A DNA stretch of 42,626 nt from a virus (lineage: Duplodnaviria > Caudoviricetes): the IMG/VR virus record IMGVR_UViG_3300002301_000031, positions 1 through 42,626 of that record; one strand, written 5' to 3'. Position numbers and translations under genes: made by a program. Positions 1 to 9,068 of the stretch are shown one piece after another (positions within the stretch are counted from its first letter, which is position 1; every line of letters starts with the position of its first letter). The notes under the pieces are model-generated. The model worked only from the letters and a program-made list of their open reading frames with translations, was not told the DNA's origin and did not search any database.

Positions 1-179
1 CTGCAAGTTATCTTACCATAATCACGATTACTTTCTTTGTCATGATAGGTAAAGTTGAAAAAACGTGCTGCTTCTGGATCAATAGTTGGTACGCTCATTT
101 CATCTCCCATAGTAATCTTTGGGAAACGATTGCGTAGTTTATAAAATAAGTCGGTTGATGCGTTACTTAAGTCGGCCAT
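1..179 (-). CDS. Partial phage protein downstream of terL (5' end only; MADLSNASTDLFYKLRNRFPKITMGD...)
   Basis: Hand-translated open frame from ATG at 179 to the window edge; TAAATA motif 5 nt upstream (185-190). Confidence 0.75.
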   Translation of the reverse strand, partial: MADLSNASTDLFYKLRNRFPKITMGDEMSVPTIDPEAARFFNFTYHDKESNRDYGKITC

Positions 180-195
180 AGAATTATTTATCCAT

Positions 196-1755
196 TCACA
201 GCATTACGAACGGCATTGGTGGAATGATGTCAGCGGCTTCCATTGCCAATCCATCACTGATTCTACTATCATATTGGCGCAAATGTAATATCATACGAAC
301 TGCAAGCAATGTTGCCATTACAAGATCATCAGTTTCACCAACTTTGCCTTGATAACTAACGCCATGTGCAACAAATGTTTTTAATTCACTTATTAAACTT
401 TTGCTGCATAGTTTAATTTTGCCTGTTTCCATCCACAGTTTAAACTTAGAACATGCTGCAATCTTGCTTTTTGCAGTTGTATTAAATCCTTTACGGAATC
501 TACGACCACCGCCACCAGGCTCGCTTAGGAAGCTACCAGGTATATTTTCTTCGCCAATATCAGCAATGGCATGAAGAGCCGCTTCACCAATAGTATTATT
601 TTCTACGCTATAATAGATGTTACCAGGATCATTAGTAACTTCTTTAATATATTTGCAAATCTCAGCTAAAATAGCAGCTTGTCGTTGAATAATAGTAAGG
701 TTATGTTGCCATTCTGCTACCTGACGCATTGAGGTTGCATCATATACCTGAATAGCGGCTGGATCGCCACCTGTGCCAAGACTTGGATCAAGTGCAACAA
801 TATAAACATGGTTGCGTTGTGGTTTTTCATACCATCTAACTTGTCCTTGTTTTTCAATTGGTTCCACGCCGCTCAAATCAACTAGTACACCTGGAGCAAT
901 AAGTGTTTCATCATAAATGATAAACTCACAATTATGTTCACGGCGGAAACGATCTATACCAACGCTAGACATTTCACGCTCGGCCCAATCACGGTCGCGC
1001 TCTGGATGACGATCCCATGTAGCAATAAATGGACTAAATCCATTGCGACCAAGAGGAGTTTCATTGCCATGCGAATCAAATTTCTTATTGGCTTCTTTCC
1101 AAATATCAGCAAATTGATCTTCGTCGTTGTTAGGCGTAGATGTAATGATTGCTTTACCACCTGTTGATAGGGTAGGACTAATAGATGTCCAAAATTCTTT
1201 GGCAATAGTAGGTCTAACAAAGGCCATTTCGTCACAGTATAATAATGAGATAGACATACCACGACCTGTTGTTTCGGTTGTGGTAGCACTTACAATACGG
1301 CTATCATTATCAAATCCAAGCGATCCCTTGTTATAATCAACTACGCCTGCACGAATATGGTCTGGGCAGTTTTCATATGCGTATCTGATACGCTGCATAA
1401 TTTCTTGTGCACCAGTATACTTGTTACTTGCTACAAGGATAGTACTATCTGGAATAAACATTGCATACCATAAGAGATAGCCAGCAGCAATGGTTGTTTT
1501 GCCCATCTGACGACCAAGCATGTTAATACTAAATCTAAAATTATGATAGTTTTCTAGCAATTCTTCCTGATAGTCAAATGGAACAAACTTTTGTTTGCCA
1601 CGAGTAGGATGCTGAATATAAAAGAAATTTCTAATAAAATATTCTGGTCCAGTAACAGGATCGGCGCATAAACTAAACTCAATAATTTCTTGTTGAGTCA
1701 TTTGCATACGCTTATGCGGTTTTTTAACTAAATTATTCTCTACGGGTTTTGCCAT
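196..1755 (-). CDS. terL: Terminase large subunit (T4 gp17-like)
   Basis: Walker A GRQMGKTT, Walker B LLYCDE, ITSTPN coupling motif, RNase-H-like nuclease VALDPS...DDLVMA. Start moved to MAKPVE (1755), just after TAAATA. Confidence 0.95.
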   Translation of the reverse strand: MAKPVENNLVKKPHKRMQMTQQEIIEFSLCADPVTGPEYFIRNFFYIQHPTRGKQKFVPFDYQEELLENYHNFRFSINMLGRQMGKTTIAAGYLLWYAMFIPDSTILVASNKYTGAQEIMQRIRYAYENCPDHIRAGVVDYNKGSLGFDNDSRIVSATTTETTGRGMSISLLYCDEMAFVRPTIAKEFWTSISPTLSTGGKAIITSTPNNDEDQFADIWKEANKKFDSHGNETPLGRNGFSPFIATWDRHPERDRDWAEREMSSVGIDRFRREHNCEFIIYDETLIAPGVLVDLSGVEPIEKQGQVRWYEKPQRNHVYIVALDPSLGTGGDPAAIQVYDATSMRQVAEWQHNLTIIQRQAAILAEICKYIKEVTNDPGNIYYSVENNTIGEAALHAIADIGEENIPGSFLSEPGGGGRRFRKGFNTTAKSKIAACSKFKLWMETGKIKLCSKSLISELKTFVAHGVSYQGKVGETDDLVMATLLAVRMILHLRQYDSRISDGLAMEAADIIPPMPFVML

Positions 1756-1766
1756 GCAAATATTTA

Positions 1767-1794
1767 TTGACATATTTTGTATGTGTAGTATTAT
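1767..1794 (+). promoter_or_regulatory. Sigma70-like promoter for the HNH gene, back to back with the terL late motif
   Basis: TTGACA (1767) - 16 nt - TATTAT; minus-strand TAAATA at 1761-1766. Confidence 0.55.
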
Positions 1795-1827
1795 TAAATT
1801 GTCACAAACCAGAAGTAAATAGATTAT

Positions 1828-2337
1828 ATGTCAGACACACTGATTTTAAACGCTAATTATCAACCACTTTCTTGGCTACCGCTAAGCGTTATTCCATGGC
1901 AGCAAAGCATAAAGCTTCACTTCATGGATCGTATCAAGATTTTGGAATATTATGATGACTGGGAAATTCATAGTCCTTCAACGACTATGTTTGTGCCTGC
2001 GCTTGCCATAACCAAAGATTATCATAGCTTTAACAAAGGTGTTCGGTTTAGTCGCCAGAATCTATATCTGCGTGATTTGTTTCAATGCCAGTATTGTGCA
2101 GAAACATTTGAACCACATGATTTGAACATTGACCATGTAAAGCCATTGAGCAAAGGCGGCACGACTAATTGGGAAAACTGTGTTACTAGCTGTATTCCAT
2201 GCAATAGTCGTAAGGGTAATATGTTTAAGCGACCACTTCGTGAACCATTTAGACCAGATTACTGGACTCTAACTGCTCGTCGCAAGCAATTTCATTATGA
2301 TATGAAGCATCCTAGTTGGAAAGATTATATCAACTAG
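1828..2337 (+). CDS. HNH endonuclease (McrA-like, zinc-binding)
   Basis: RD..CQYC, NIDHVKPLSKGG...WENCVTSCIPCN..KG motifs. Confidence 0.9.
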   Translation: MSDTLILNANYQPLSWLPLSVIPWQQSIKLHFMDRIKILEYYDDWEIHSPSTTMFVPALAITKDYHSFNKGVRFSRQNLYLRDLFQCQYCAETFEPHDLNIDHVKPLSKGGTTNWENCVTSCIPCNSRKGNMFKRPLREPFRPDYWTLTARRKQFHYDMKHPSWKDYIN

Positions 2338-2722
2338 AACGACGAGTAGGCACAAACTTAGCAACTGGGCTGACACGATTTACAGCAGGATTTTCTTGTT
2401 TACTATCATATCTATGTGATTTTACTGCTGCGTGTCCGCTCGCTTCACTTGCACCATCTATGATGGATTTTTCAACATCGCCACCAAATGGAGTGATGAT
2501 TAATTTATCACCAAGTTCTGTTTGGTCATCATATGCATCTGGCTGCGGTTCTGGACTACGAGCCATAAGAATACCATAACGATACATTTTATAGAAGTTA
2601 TCACTAGCATCAGGAATTGTATAAGCATTGGCAACTTCACGTGGTTCATGATGTTTATGATCCGCTGCATACTCTCTGTCATATATTTCAGTTTGTTCTA
2701 AAACAAATTCTTTGGCTCTCAT
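2330..2722 (-). CDS. Small paralog-family protein 1, putative head-internal protein
   Basis: Start moved to MRAKEFVLE; shares Y..YR.G..MA..P and N..SPV with the neighbouring ORFs. Confidence 0.75.
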   Translation of the reverse strand: MRAKEFVLEQTEIYDREYAADHKHHEPREVANAYTIPDASDNFYKMYRYGILMARSPEPQPDAYDDQTELGDKLIITPFGGDVEKSIIDGASEASGHAAVKSHRYDSKQENPAVNRVSPVAKFVPTRRSS

Positions 2723-2916
2723 ACTGGTTTTTCTCCTGTCAAATAAGGAAGACTGAACCATAACTGAAACCATTCCTGAGTGCCAGGTTGGATATTATGT
2801 TTCTTTTCCAATTCTCGCTTTTCTGTGCCAGTCAAACTAATATTGATGCCTTCATTTTCAGTAAAGGTATGCTTTTTAACACCAGCAAGAACTTTAAGTT
2901 GAGCAATATTATCCAT
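2719..2916 (-). CDS. Small hypothetical protein (LKVLAGV motif; GTQEWFQLWF)
   Basis: Overlapping start and stop with both neighbours in the same operon. Confidence 0.75.
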   Translation of the reverse strand: MDNIAQLKVLAGVKKHTFTENEGINISLTGTEKRELEKKHNIQPGTQEWFQLWFSLPYLTGEKPV

Positions 2917-3286
2917 TCTTTTTTCTCATTTTACCACTATTTTGAGGAACTGGACTTTTATGATTAACATAATTTGGTTCACTACTTTCTTCTGGTGTTA
3001 ATTGTAACTTTGGTGTGCCAAAATAAGCAGCAGTTGCATCAAGAATTTCTTCTTCTGCGGGAGTATAACTAATCGTTACCATTTTAAGTCCAGTAGGACT
3101 TGCTTTATTCATTTTAATATCAGGCATACCAGCTAACGCAACACCAAAGCGATATGCTTTGTATCCGCTACTGTTATCTAATTCAGGATAAATGTGAGCA
3201 TTAGGAATAGTAGTTAAAGCCTGTTGACTCATTCCCTTAGCACCAGCATAATCTGCTGCTTCGTTTACAAATTCATGCGCTCTCAT
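2909..3286 (-). CDS. Small paralog-family protein 2, putative head-internal protein
   Basis: MRAHEFVNE...YKAYRFGVALAGMP...YTPAEEEIL...VNHKSPV. Confidence 0.8.
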   Translation of the reverse strand: MRAHEFVNEAADYAGAKGMSQQALTTIPNAHIYPELDNSSGYKAYRFGVALAGMPDIKMNKASPTGLKMVTISYTPAEEEILDATAAYFGTPKLQLTPEESSEPNYVNHKSPVPQNSGKMRKKNG

Positions 3287-3636
3287 TTTTTCTTCCTTAC
3301 ACCGCTATTAAATGCTACGGGACTTTTTGTATTATTAGAAGATGGCTCTTTGCCATTTTCAGTTGTAATCCAAGATGCTTTCTTTCCCATACCTTTTACA
3401 GTGGCACTTAACATATCTTCTTCTGCTTGTGTATAAGCTGTCATTATAGGATGATCACGAAAGTGTTCATGATCATGTGCTGCATTTGTTTGTGGATAAC
3501 CAGCAATTTTAATCATGAAACGATAATAATCATAGCCAGGGTCCATGTCATGAACGACCATGCTTGGTTGCATAGTGCCGCTATGTTCTGGATTTGCTTT
3601 ACCTTTGGCTTCTGATACTATCTCATAGGCTCGCAT
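3283..3636 (-). CDS. Small paralog-family protein 3, putative head-internal protein
   Basis: MRAYEIVSE...YDYYRFMIKIAGYP...YTQAEEDML...NNTKSPV. Confidence 0.8.
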   Translation of the reverse strand: MRAYEIVSEAKGKANPEHSGTMQPSMVVHDMDPGYDYYRFMIKIAGYPQTNAAHDHEHFRDHPIMTAYTQAEEDMLSATVKGMGKKASWITTENGKEPSSNNTKSPVAFNSGVRKKK

Positions 3637-3640
3637 TTGC

Positions 3641-4243
3641 TTAGCCTCTTGTTTTTACAGGAAGACTCCAGTATTGTGCAGTATCATTCTTAACACTACA
3701 ATCTACTGATTCAAGAAATAATTTATTACGGTTTGAATCTGCTTTCTTAAACACACATTCAAATGTAACTCGTGCTTCGGTTGCACTTGGGTTACGAGCA
3801 ATTACAGTTACTTCACTTTCTGGAAGTTGATCTGTTTCTACTAGACTTGCACTTGCATGACGCAATTTATAACCTTGTTCTTTCATTGTTTCGCTAATTT
3901 TATTTGCTGGTGCAATGTTACGAACAAAATCTGGAGTAATACCCGCAGCTTCCATTGGAGGCTGATGTAAGAACTTCTTTTGAATTTTTTGACCTTCACG
4001 CTCAAATGTCAAAACAAATTCTGCCATTTGTTGTGCAGCACCTTCACTAAGAAGACGATTGCGGTCAAGCATATTCCACGCTGGATTATCTAGCGCAACA
4101 GTAACACTCTTTTCAGTATGCTCAACAACAGTTGCTTGCACACTCTTTAAGTTGTCAATCTCAATATTAATAATATCACCTGTTACTGGTGCATTATTTG
4201 CTCTTTCTGTTTTTGCAAGATAATCGCTGAAATTCATAATCAA
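3641..4243 (-). CDS. Hypothetical late protein
   Basis: AGGA RBS; tightly packed in the late operon. Confidence 0.75.
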   Translation of the reverse strand: MIMNFSDYLAKTERANNAPVTGDIINIEIDNLKSVQATVVEHTEKSVTVALDNPAWNMLDRNRLLSEGAAQQMAEFVLTFEREGQKIQKKFLHQPPMEAAGITPDFVRNIAPANKISETMKEQGYKLRHASASLVETDQLPESEVTVIARNPSATEARVTFECVFKKADSNRNKLFLESVDCSVKNDTAQYWSLPVKTRG

Positions 4244-4246
4244 TCC

Positions 4247-4972
4247 TTAGTCAAAACTTACTGCTACATGTGTTGGGTTATCACCGCCAGCAACTTTTGG
4301 TGCTGTTAGTTTTGGTCTGGCAAGATCATTTCCACTTGGAACTGCTGCCTTTGGACCTTTATAAATTTCATGTGGACTATTGTTATATGGACGCTCATCC
4401 ATATCACCGCCCGCTGGTGCATCATCCATAGTAACTTCCATATCTGGACCACCGCCGATATTTGGCAGATTTGCACCTACGCTTGGAAATGCTGATGGTT
4501 CACTTGGGGTCATTGCATGGTCGTGAGGAATTTCTGCTGTTGGTGCAGCAAGTTTTGCTTCAATATCACCAAGTAATTCCATATCGTTGTCACCAGGCGC
4601 AGCAGCCATGTCAGGAGCATTAACACCACCAACCATACCAGCAAGCTTTAAAATCTGTGCTAGAACTGCATCATCACCACTAGTCTTGATTTCAATGCCT
4701 TCTTTAACAGGATTTCCCATCTTAGTAGCATTGTCAATTGCACTTGCAATCTCAGGGCTACGATCACTAATTTCTCTTAGCTTTGCAAGAACATCAACCA
4801 TATAAGAACCATTGCTAGTATCTGGCATAGCAGTTGACTTTGTTTCTGCTACCTTTTGCACTGGTGCTTCAATAGCGTTTAGCTTAGTAACACTGCTAAT
4901 AGCACGATTTAGTTCTTCTGGGCTACGACCTTGAATTTCTTGTAGTTTCTTTATTACATCAATCATTTGCAT
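4247..4972 (-). CDS. Acidic low-complexity protein, possibly prohead core or scaffold-like
   Basis: Duplicated motif MIDVIKKLQEI / MVDVLAKLREI; ILKLAGM motif; acidic Pro-rich tail. Confidence 0.65.
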   Translation of the reverse strand: MQMIDVIKKLQEIQGRSPEELNRAISSVTKLNAIEAPVQKVAETKSTAMPDTSNGSYMVDVLAKLREISDRSPEIASAIDNATKMGNPVKEGIEIKTSGDDAVLAQILKLAGMVGGVNAPDMAAAPGDNDMELLGDIEAKLAAPTAEIPHDHAMTPSEPSAFPSVGANLPNIGGGPDMEVTMDDAPAGGDMDERPYNNSPHEIYKGPKAAVPSGNDLARPKLTAPKVAGGDNPTHVAVSFD

Positions 4973-4974
4973 GG

Positions 4975-5541
4975 TTATCTTCCTGTTGTTCCACGTGCTG
5001 GGAGTTTGTTACGGTGTGTTCCAACAGGACTCTTATCGCCTTGTGGAAGTTCATTTGTAGTATGACCCTTAACTGGTTTTACTGCAAATGGATGTTCAAT
5101 TGTTTTTACTTTGAGAGCATTAGCAAGGTCTGCAAGTAATTGAGGTGCTTTTTGTTCAGGATATGGAGTATCTAGAATTGTCTTGCCTTCATTTTCTGGA
5201 AGAATTGGTGCTGCCAAAATTTCCTGATTAGGTGTAATTACCATAATATGACTGAATGGAATATTTGTTGCTTCATGAATTGCTGCCTGCATTTCTGCTG
5301 GTGTGCAAGGATAGTTTACAACCATATCAATGATATAAAGTTCTGTTGCTTTAAGATGACCAAAACCTGTATGATCTTCACTTACTGGCAAACTCTTTGG
5401 CTCACTGATTGCTTCAAGATTCCATCGTGCTAAAACTTTTTGAAGTTTTTCCATAGATTCTTTTGTAACTTCCGTAGCAATTTTTGCACGGAAGCCATAT
5501 TTCTTTTCGTTATCTGTCAAATACTGAACATAGCTTTTCAT
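4975..5541 (-). CDS. Late protein with capsid-targeting-like N-terminus (MKSYVQYLTD)
   Basis: TAAATA plus AAGG RBS upstream; C-terminal KSPV shared with the paralog family. Confidence 0.75.
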   Translation of the reverse strand: MKSYVQYLTDNEKKYGFRAKIATEVTKESMEKLQKVLARWNLEAISEPKSLPVSEDHTGFGHLKATELYIIDMVVNYPCTPAEMQAAIHEATNIPFSHIMVITPNQEILAAPILPENEGKTILDTPYPEQKAPQLLADLANALKVKTIEHPFAVKPVKGHTTNELPQGDKSPVGTHRNKLPARGTTGR

Positions 5542-5562
5542 TGCTGAATACCTTTTAGATAT

Positions 5563-5985
5563 TTATTGTTTTCTAATTGTTTTTAATAGTTCGTTACGAT
5601 CAAAAACATGGGCAGTTACTGTTTCAGTTTCTTCACCCTTGTCTTTATTCATATCATGTTGAAGTTTCTGCGCTCTCATTGCAAGTTCGGTTTGCTTGAG
5701 TTTTTTTTGAACTTTGCCTAGTTTTGCAGTAACTGCTGTTGCTAACATTTTAGCACTTGCTTCAAAGATAGGTGCTGAAAATCTAGCCTCAACATTCATA
5801 CCAAGACTTTGTAAATTCTCAAAACTTTCTACTGCTTTGTCCACCAATTCATCAAGTTCTTTATCCATAGCATCTTCTGGTGCTTCAGGTAAGCTTGCTT
5901 CAAGTTGATTGGCAGTATCAAGTGCCTCAGTCATTTCCTTGCTAGCAGGTGGCAAATCAAATAATTCTTCTAATTTTTGTGTCAT
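5563..5985 (-). CDS. Helical protein, possible terminase small subunit (gp16-like)
   Basis: 140 aa, helical/coiled-coil pattern, position in the packaging cluster; function is inference only. Confidence 0.45.
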   Translation of the reverse strand: MTQKLEELFDLPPASKEMTEALDTANQLEASLPEAPEDAMDKELDELVDKAVESFENLQSLGMNVEARFSAPIFEASAKMLATAVTAKLGKVQKKLKQTELAMRAQKLQHDMNKDKGEETETVTAHVFDRNELLKTIRKQ

Positions 5986-5993
5986 ATATTAAT

Positions 5994-6440
5994 TTATCTT
6001 TTTCGTTTCTTAGTATTTGAGAACATATCATGTTCTGTAATGACACGAAAACTTATGCCATTGCGTTTACAAAATTCTCTAGCCGCTTCCCATTTAGCCT
6101 GATTTACAGCAGCTTGAATTTGATTTCTTTGACTGCGACCAGCAGCTTCTAGGGTAGTTTCTTTATGTGGTTTAATTTCAACCAATTCACCCTTGCGAGT
6201 TCCATTGGCATCTTCATAAATTATAAAGAAATCAGGAACATAACTTTTTACTTTTTTAGCTACAGGATTTTGATATTTTATACTAATACTTTCACTTGCC
6301 CATTGTTTTACCGATGGATGTTCGTCTAGGAAATTCATAAACTTTAATTCCCAGCTACTACGATATCTTATACTGCCACGACCAATATACTTTTGTGAAT
6401 TTTTAGGGGTGAATATTCCCTGACTATATTTTAAACTCAT
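5994..6440 (-). CDS. Head completion nuclease (T4 gp4 / TnsA-N-like)
   Basis: G.F.P.N..KY.G, YRSSWE, WASE, Y.PDF, VEIKP, NQAKW.AA, ITE motifs. Confidence 0.9.
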   Translation of the reverse strand: MSLKYSQGIFTPKNSQKYIGRGSIRYRSSWELKFMNFLDEHPSVKQWASESISIKYQNPVAKKVKSYVPDFFIIYEDANGTRKGELVEIKPHKETTLEAAGRSQRNQIQAAVNQAKWEAAREFCKRNGISFRVITEHDMFSNTKKRKR

Positions 6441-6793
6441 GCAATAATATTTCTAGCAACATTTGGCGTTGTTGAGTTATTCTTTTTATAGCCAATTTTG
6501 CTAGTAGAACCTTTAACACTATTGAAAAAACTAACCAGTAATGATTTAGTATTATTGCTTTGTGGATTAGCTTGGAATTGTTGTATAAGGTCTAATGGAC
6601 TAAGATTATTATTAGTCGTCAGCGTAATAACAGCTTGCGCCATTGCAGAAGCTGCATTGCTGCTGTTAGTAAGTGTTAAAAAATACCCATATACTTGTTG
6701 CCAAACAGCATCACTAACCTGAATAGGTTGACTAAAATAGCCGTTAAAAAATATTTGTGTATCTGTTACTTGATTATTTGGAACATTTGCCAT
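6437..6793 (-). CDS. Hypothetical structural protein
   Basis: Between tube-like gene and gp4; TAAATA 5 nt upstream. Confidence 0.7.
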   Translation of the reverse strand: MANVPNNQVTDTQIFFNGYFSQPIQVSDAVWQQVYGYFLTLTNSSNAASAMAQAVITLTTNNNLSPLDLIQQFQANPQSNNTKSLLVSFFNSVKGSTSKIGYKKNNSTTPNVARNIIA

Positions 6794-6801
6794 ATCAGTA
6801 T

Positions 6802-8322
6802 TTACTTGTTGGCGCTATATGCAATATAACTTTGAGCAATAGGAACAAGATTAGTTCCACTTGGAATATTTAAACCAGCAAAATGTGATTCGGCAATAGA
6901 AATATCGCTTTGACTATATCCCTGAGATGCCAATGTTGCTTGCCAACTATTACTATCATATGTTGGACTTGGTGGACTTGCTGGATCAGAAAAATTAATG
7001 CCACTTGGAACACTAGTTGGCTGTCCATAATTTACTGTTCCGATATTACTCATGCTACTAGGATTGTCAATATATTGCTGAGCAATAAGTGTTTGCGCAC
7101 TAGTAGTACTTGAAAAACCACCATAACTTGAAAGTGTTGATTGCGGCACTGAACTAACAAAACCTGTTGCGCTATTAATCTGATCTGTGCTGTAACCTTG
7201 TTGCCACAGCGTTTGTTGCCAACTGCCGCCAGTATAAGGACTCACAACAATATTATTATCAGATGTACTATCTGGATTCGTAGTATCATTGAGATAAGAA
7301 GGTCTTGAAGGCGGTGCGGTAATAGCCGTTGCAATGGTTGGTAAATTTGTATCAGCAACAGGAAATGAAGTATCCGAAGTAACTTGATTAGAATTGTTGT
7401 TATAAACAATGTTATTAATTTCTTGCGGACTTAATCCTTGATTTGAAGATGGATTATATTGATTTCCCTGATCTAAAAATCCATAAGACCCTTGTTGACC
7501 ATTTGAACTATTGCGATTAGTAAAACTATTTCCCTGTTGTTCAAATTGTCCAGTAATGGGATTAATATAACCGCCACTGCCAACAAATTGACCACTTAGC
7601 GGACTTGGATTTGTATCATATGTTGCAGACTCATTAAATCCTGGTATACCGTTAACAAAACCACTTTCATAAACAACTGCATTATAGCGAATTTGCATAG
7701 TTGCTTCCATTACGCCTTGCGCATCACTATACTCATGAGTATCATGAGTAAAAGCAGTAATAACTGGATTCATTAATGTAATTTTATTTGCTTCGCCGCC
7801 ATACATGCTATAAATTTCAATAGCTGCAAAAAATGGAGCGATAGAACCATTATCTAAGCCCCATGAACTGACATGGTTGCCTATGGTGTATCTGTCATCA
7901 TTATTATACACATCTTGTGGATATAATCCATCTGCATAATAATAGGTATAATAATCTTGCCATAGTTCACGCAAACCATTGTTGTTATCATCATGAAACT
8001 TGATAGTGATTGGTTCATATTTTATACGATCTTGAACATATACATGGCGATTGTATTGGTTAAGGTCTTTTACATCTATCGTAAATTTTGGCAAGTCAAT
8101 ACTCTTAACAAGAACACCAATTTCATTTGAACTGATGCTGTTAAAACCTTTTGTATTGATATTATTTTTTACAAAATTTACATAATAAAGAAATTTGTAT
8201 TTTGGGCTACGAGCGAAGCCACTTGTTCTAAAAACTTGAGAGGCGTGTGCATAATCATGCACACCGCCTTTATTAAACAAGTTACTTGCTAAGCTATTAA
8301 GAAAACCCCAAGAACTGGACAT
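6802..8322 (-). CDS. Tail-tube-family protein (gp19/gp54-like) with long N/S/Q-rich C-terminal extension
   Basis: VKSIDLPKF...NQYN...YEPITIKFHDD...NPVIT.F.HD..Y...ATMQIRY pattern parallels the adjacent tube protein. Confidence 0.75.
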   Translation of the reverse strand: MSSSWGFLNSLASNLFNKGGVHDYAHASQVFRTSGFARSPKYKFLYYVNFVKNNINTKGFNSISSNEIGVLVKSIDLPKFTIDVKDLNQYNRHVYVQDRIKYEPITIKFHDDNNNGLRELWQDYYTYYYADGLYPQDVYNNDDRYTIGNHVSSWGLDNGSIAPFFAAIEIYSMYGGEANKITLMNPVITAFTHDTHEYSDAQGVMEATMQIRYNAVVYESGFVNGIPGFNESATYDTNPSPLSGQFVGSGGYINPITGQFEQQGNSFTNRNSSNGQQGSYGFLDQGNQYNPSSNQGLSPQEINNIVYNNNSNQVTSDTSFPVADTNLPTIATAITAPPSRPSYLNDTTNPDSTSDNNIVVSPYTGGSWQQTLWQQGYSTDQINSATGFVSSVPQSTLSSYGGFSSTTSAQTLIAQQYIDNPSSMSNIGTVNYGQPTSVPSGINFSDPASPPSPTYDSNSWQATLASQGYSQSDISIAESHFAGLNIPSGTNLVPIAQSYIAYSANK

Positions 8323-8334
8323 AGTTTAAATTCC

Positions 8335-8958
8335 TTAGCCAGTTACAGAGGCTCCGAATGTTCTTGTTACAGTCTTGCCAACGCCACTAGTAGTTGGAAC
8401 TTGAAGAGCATTGTCATAACGAATAGTTAATGAAATAGTAGCTGGATCGTTGCTGCTATAATCAAAATTGTTATAGTTTACTTCTTGTAGGAAGCAACCA
8501 TATAGCTGCCAAGTTTCAAGTGTGTTTGGACCATTAGCGCCATTGCCGCCGTCAAGTGCTTCAAATTGTGTAACGAACTTATAATCAATGCCGCTAACTG
8601 CGCTTGCTTGTTCAGCAAAGTCAAATTGCTTTTGAATTTGCTCGCCAACAAGAAGACGAACGCTTCCTTGTGCATCATCACGAAGTTCACAAGTAACTGT
8701 CTGCCACTCAGGTTTACCCTGCAAGTACATTCTGCTGTTATAAATTGGAATTTCAATCTGGTTAAAGTTTACGTTAGGACGAGTAAAAGTCATAACTTGC
8801 TTTGTAAGTTCTGTAGTCGGATTGGTAACCCCGAAATTCAAGAATGTAACTCTAAAGCGGTATTTTAGCAAAGGCATTAATAAGCCTTGATTGCCTGCAC
8901 TTTGGTCACTATTACTAGCAACAGGAACCGTCATGTTGAGTAATGATGCAACTGCCAT
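8335..8958 (-). CDS. Tail tube protein (gp19-like)
   Basis: KYRFRV, G+.EW..VT..LRDD, W.LYGCF, I.LTIRYDNA; directly after the sheath; AGGAG RBS. Confidence 0.88.
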   Translation of the reverse strand: MAVASLLNMTVPVASNSDQSAGNQGLLMPLLKYRFRVTFLNFGVTNPTTELTKQVMTFTRPNVNFNQIEIPIYNSRMYLQGKPEWQTVTCELRDDAQGSVRLLVGEQIQKQFDFAEQASAVSGIDYKFVTQFEALDGGNGANGPNTLETWQLYGCFLQEVNYNNFDYSSNDPATISLTIRYDNALQVPTTSGVGKTVTRTFGASVTG

Positions 8959-8977
8959 CTGTATCTCCTATTAAAAG

Positions 8978-8985
8978 TATTTATA
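8978..8985 (-). promoter_or_regulatory. T4-type late promoter TATAAATA
   Basis: Exact TATAAATA upstream of the tail tube RBS. Confidence 0.75.
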
Positions 8986-9019
8986 ACAATTCAACTAGTT
9001 TTTGAAGGGGGTATAAAAC

Positions 9020-9046
9020 AAAAAAGCCGCCCATGAAGGCGGCTTT
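9020..9046 (-). terminator. Intrinsic terminator after the tail sheath
   Basis: AAAGCCGCC/GGCGGCTTT stem followed by a T-run on the minus strand. Confidence 0.8.
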
Positions 9047-9068
9047 CTTATTATTATGTTATTTTGTA

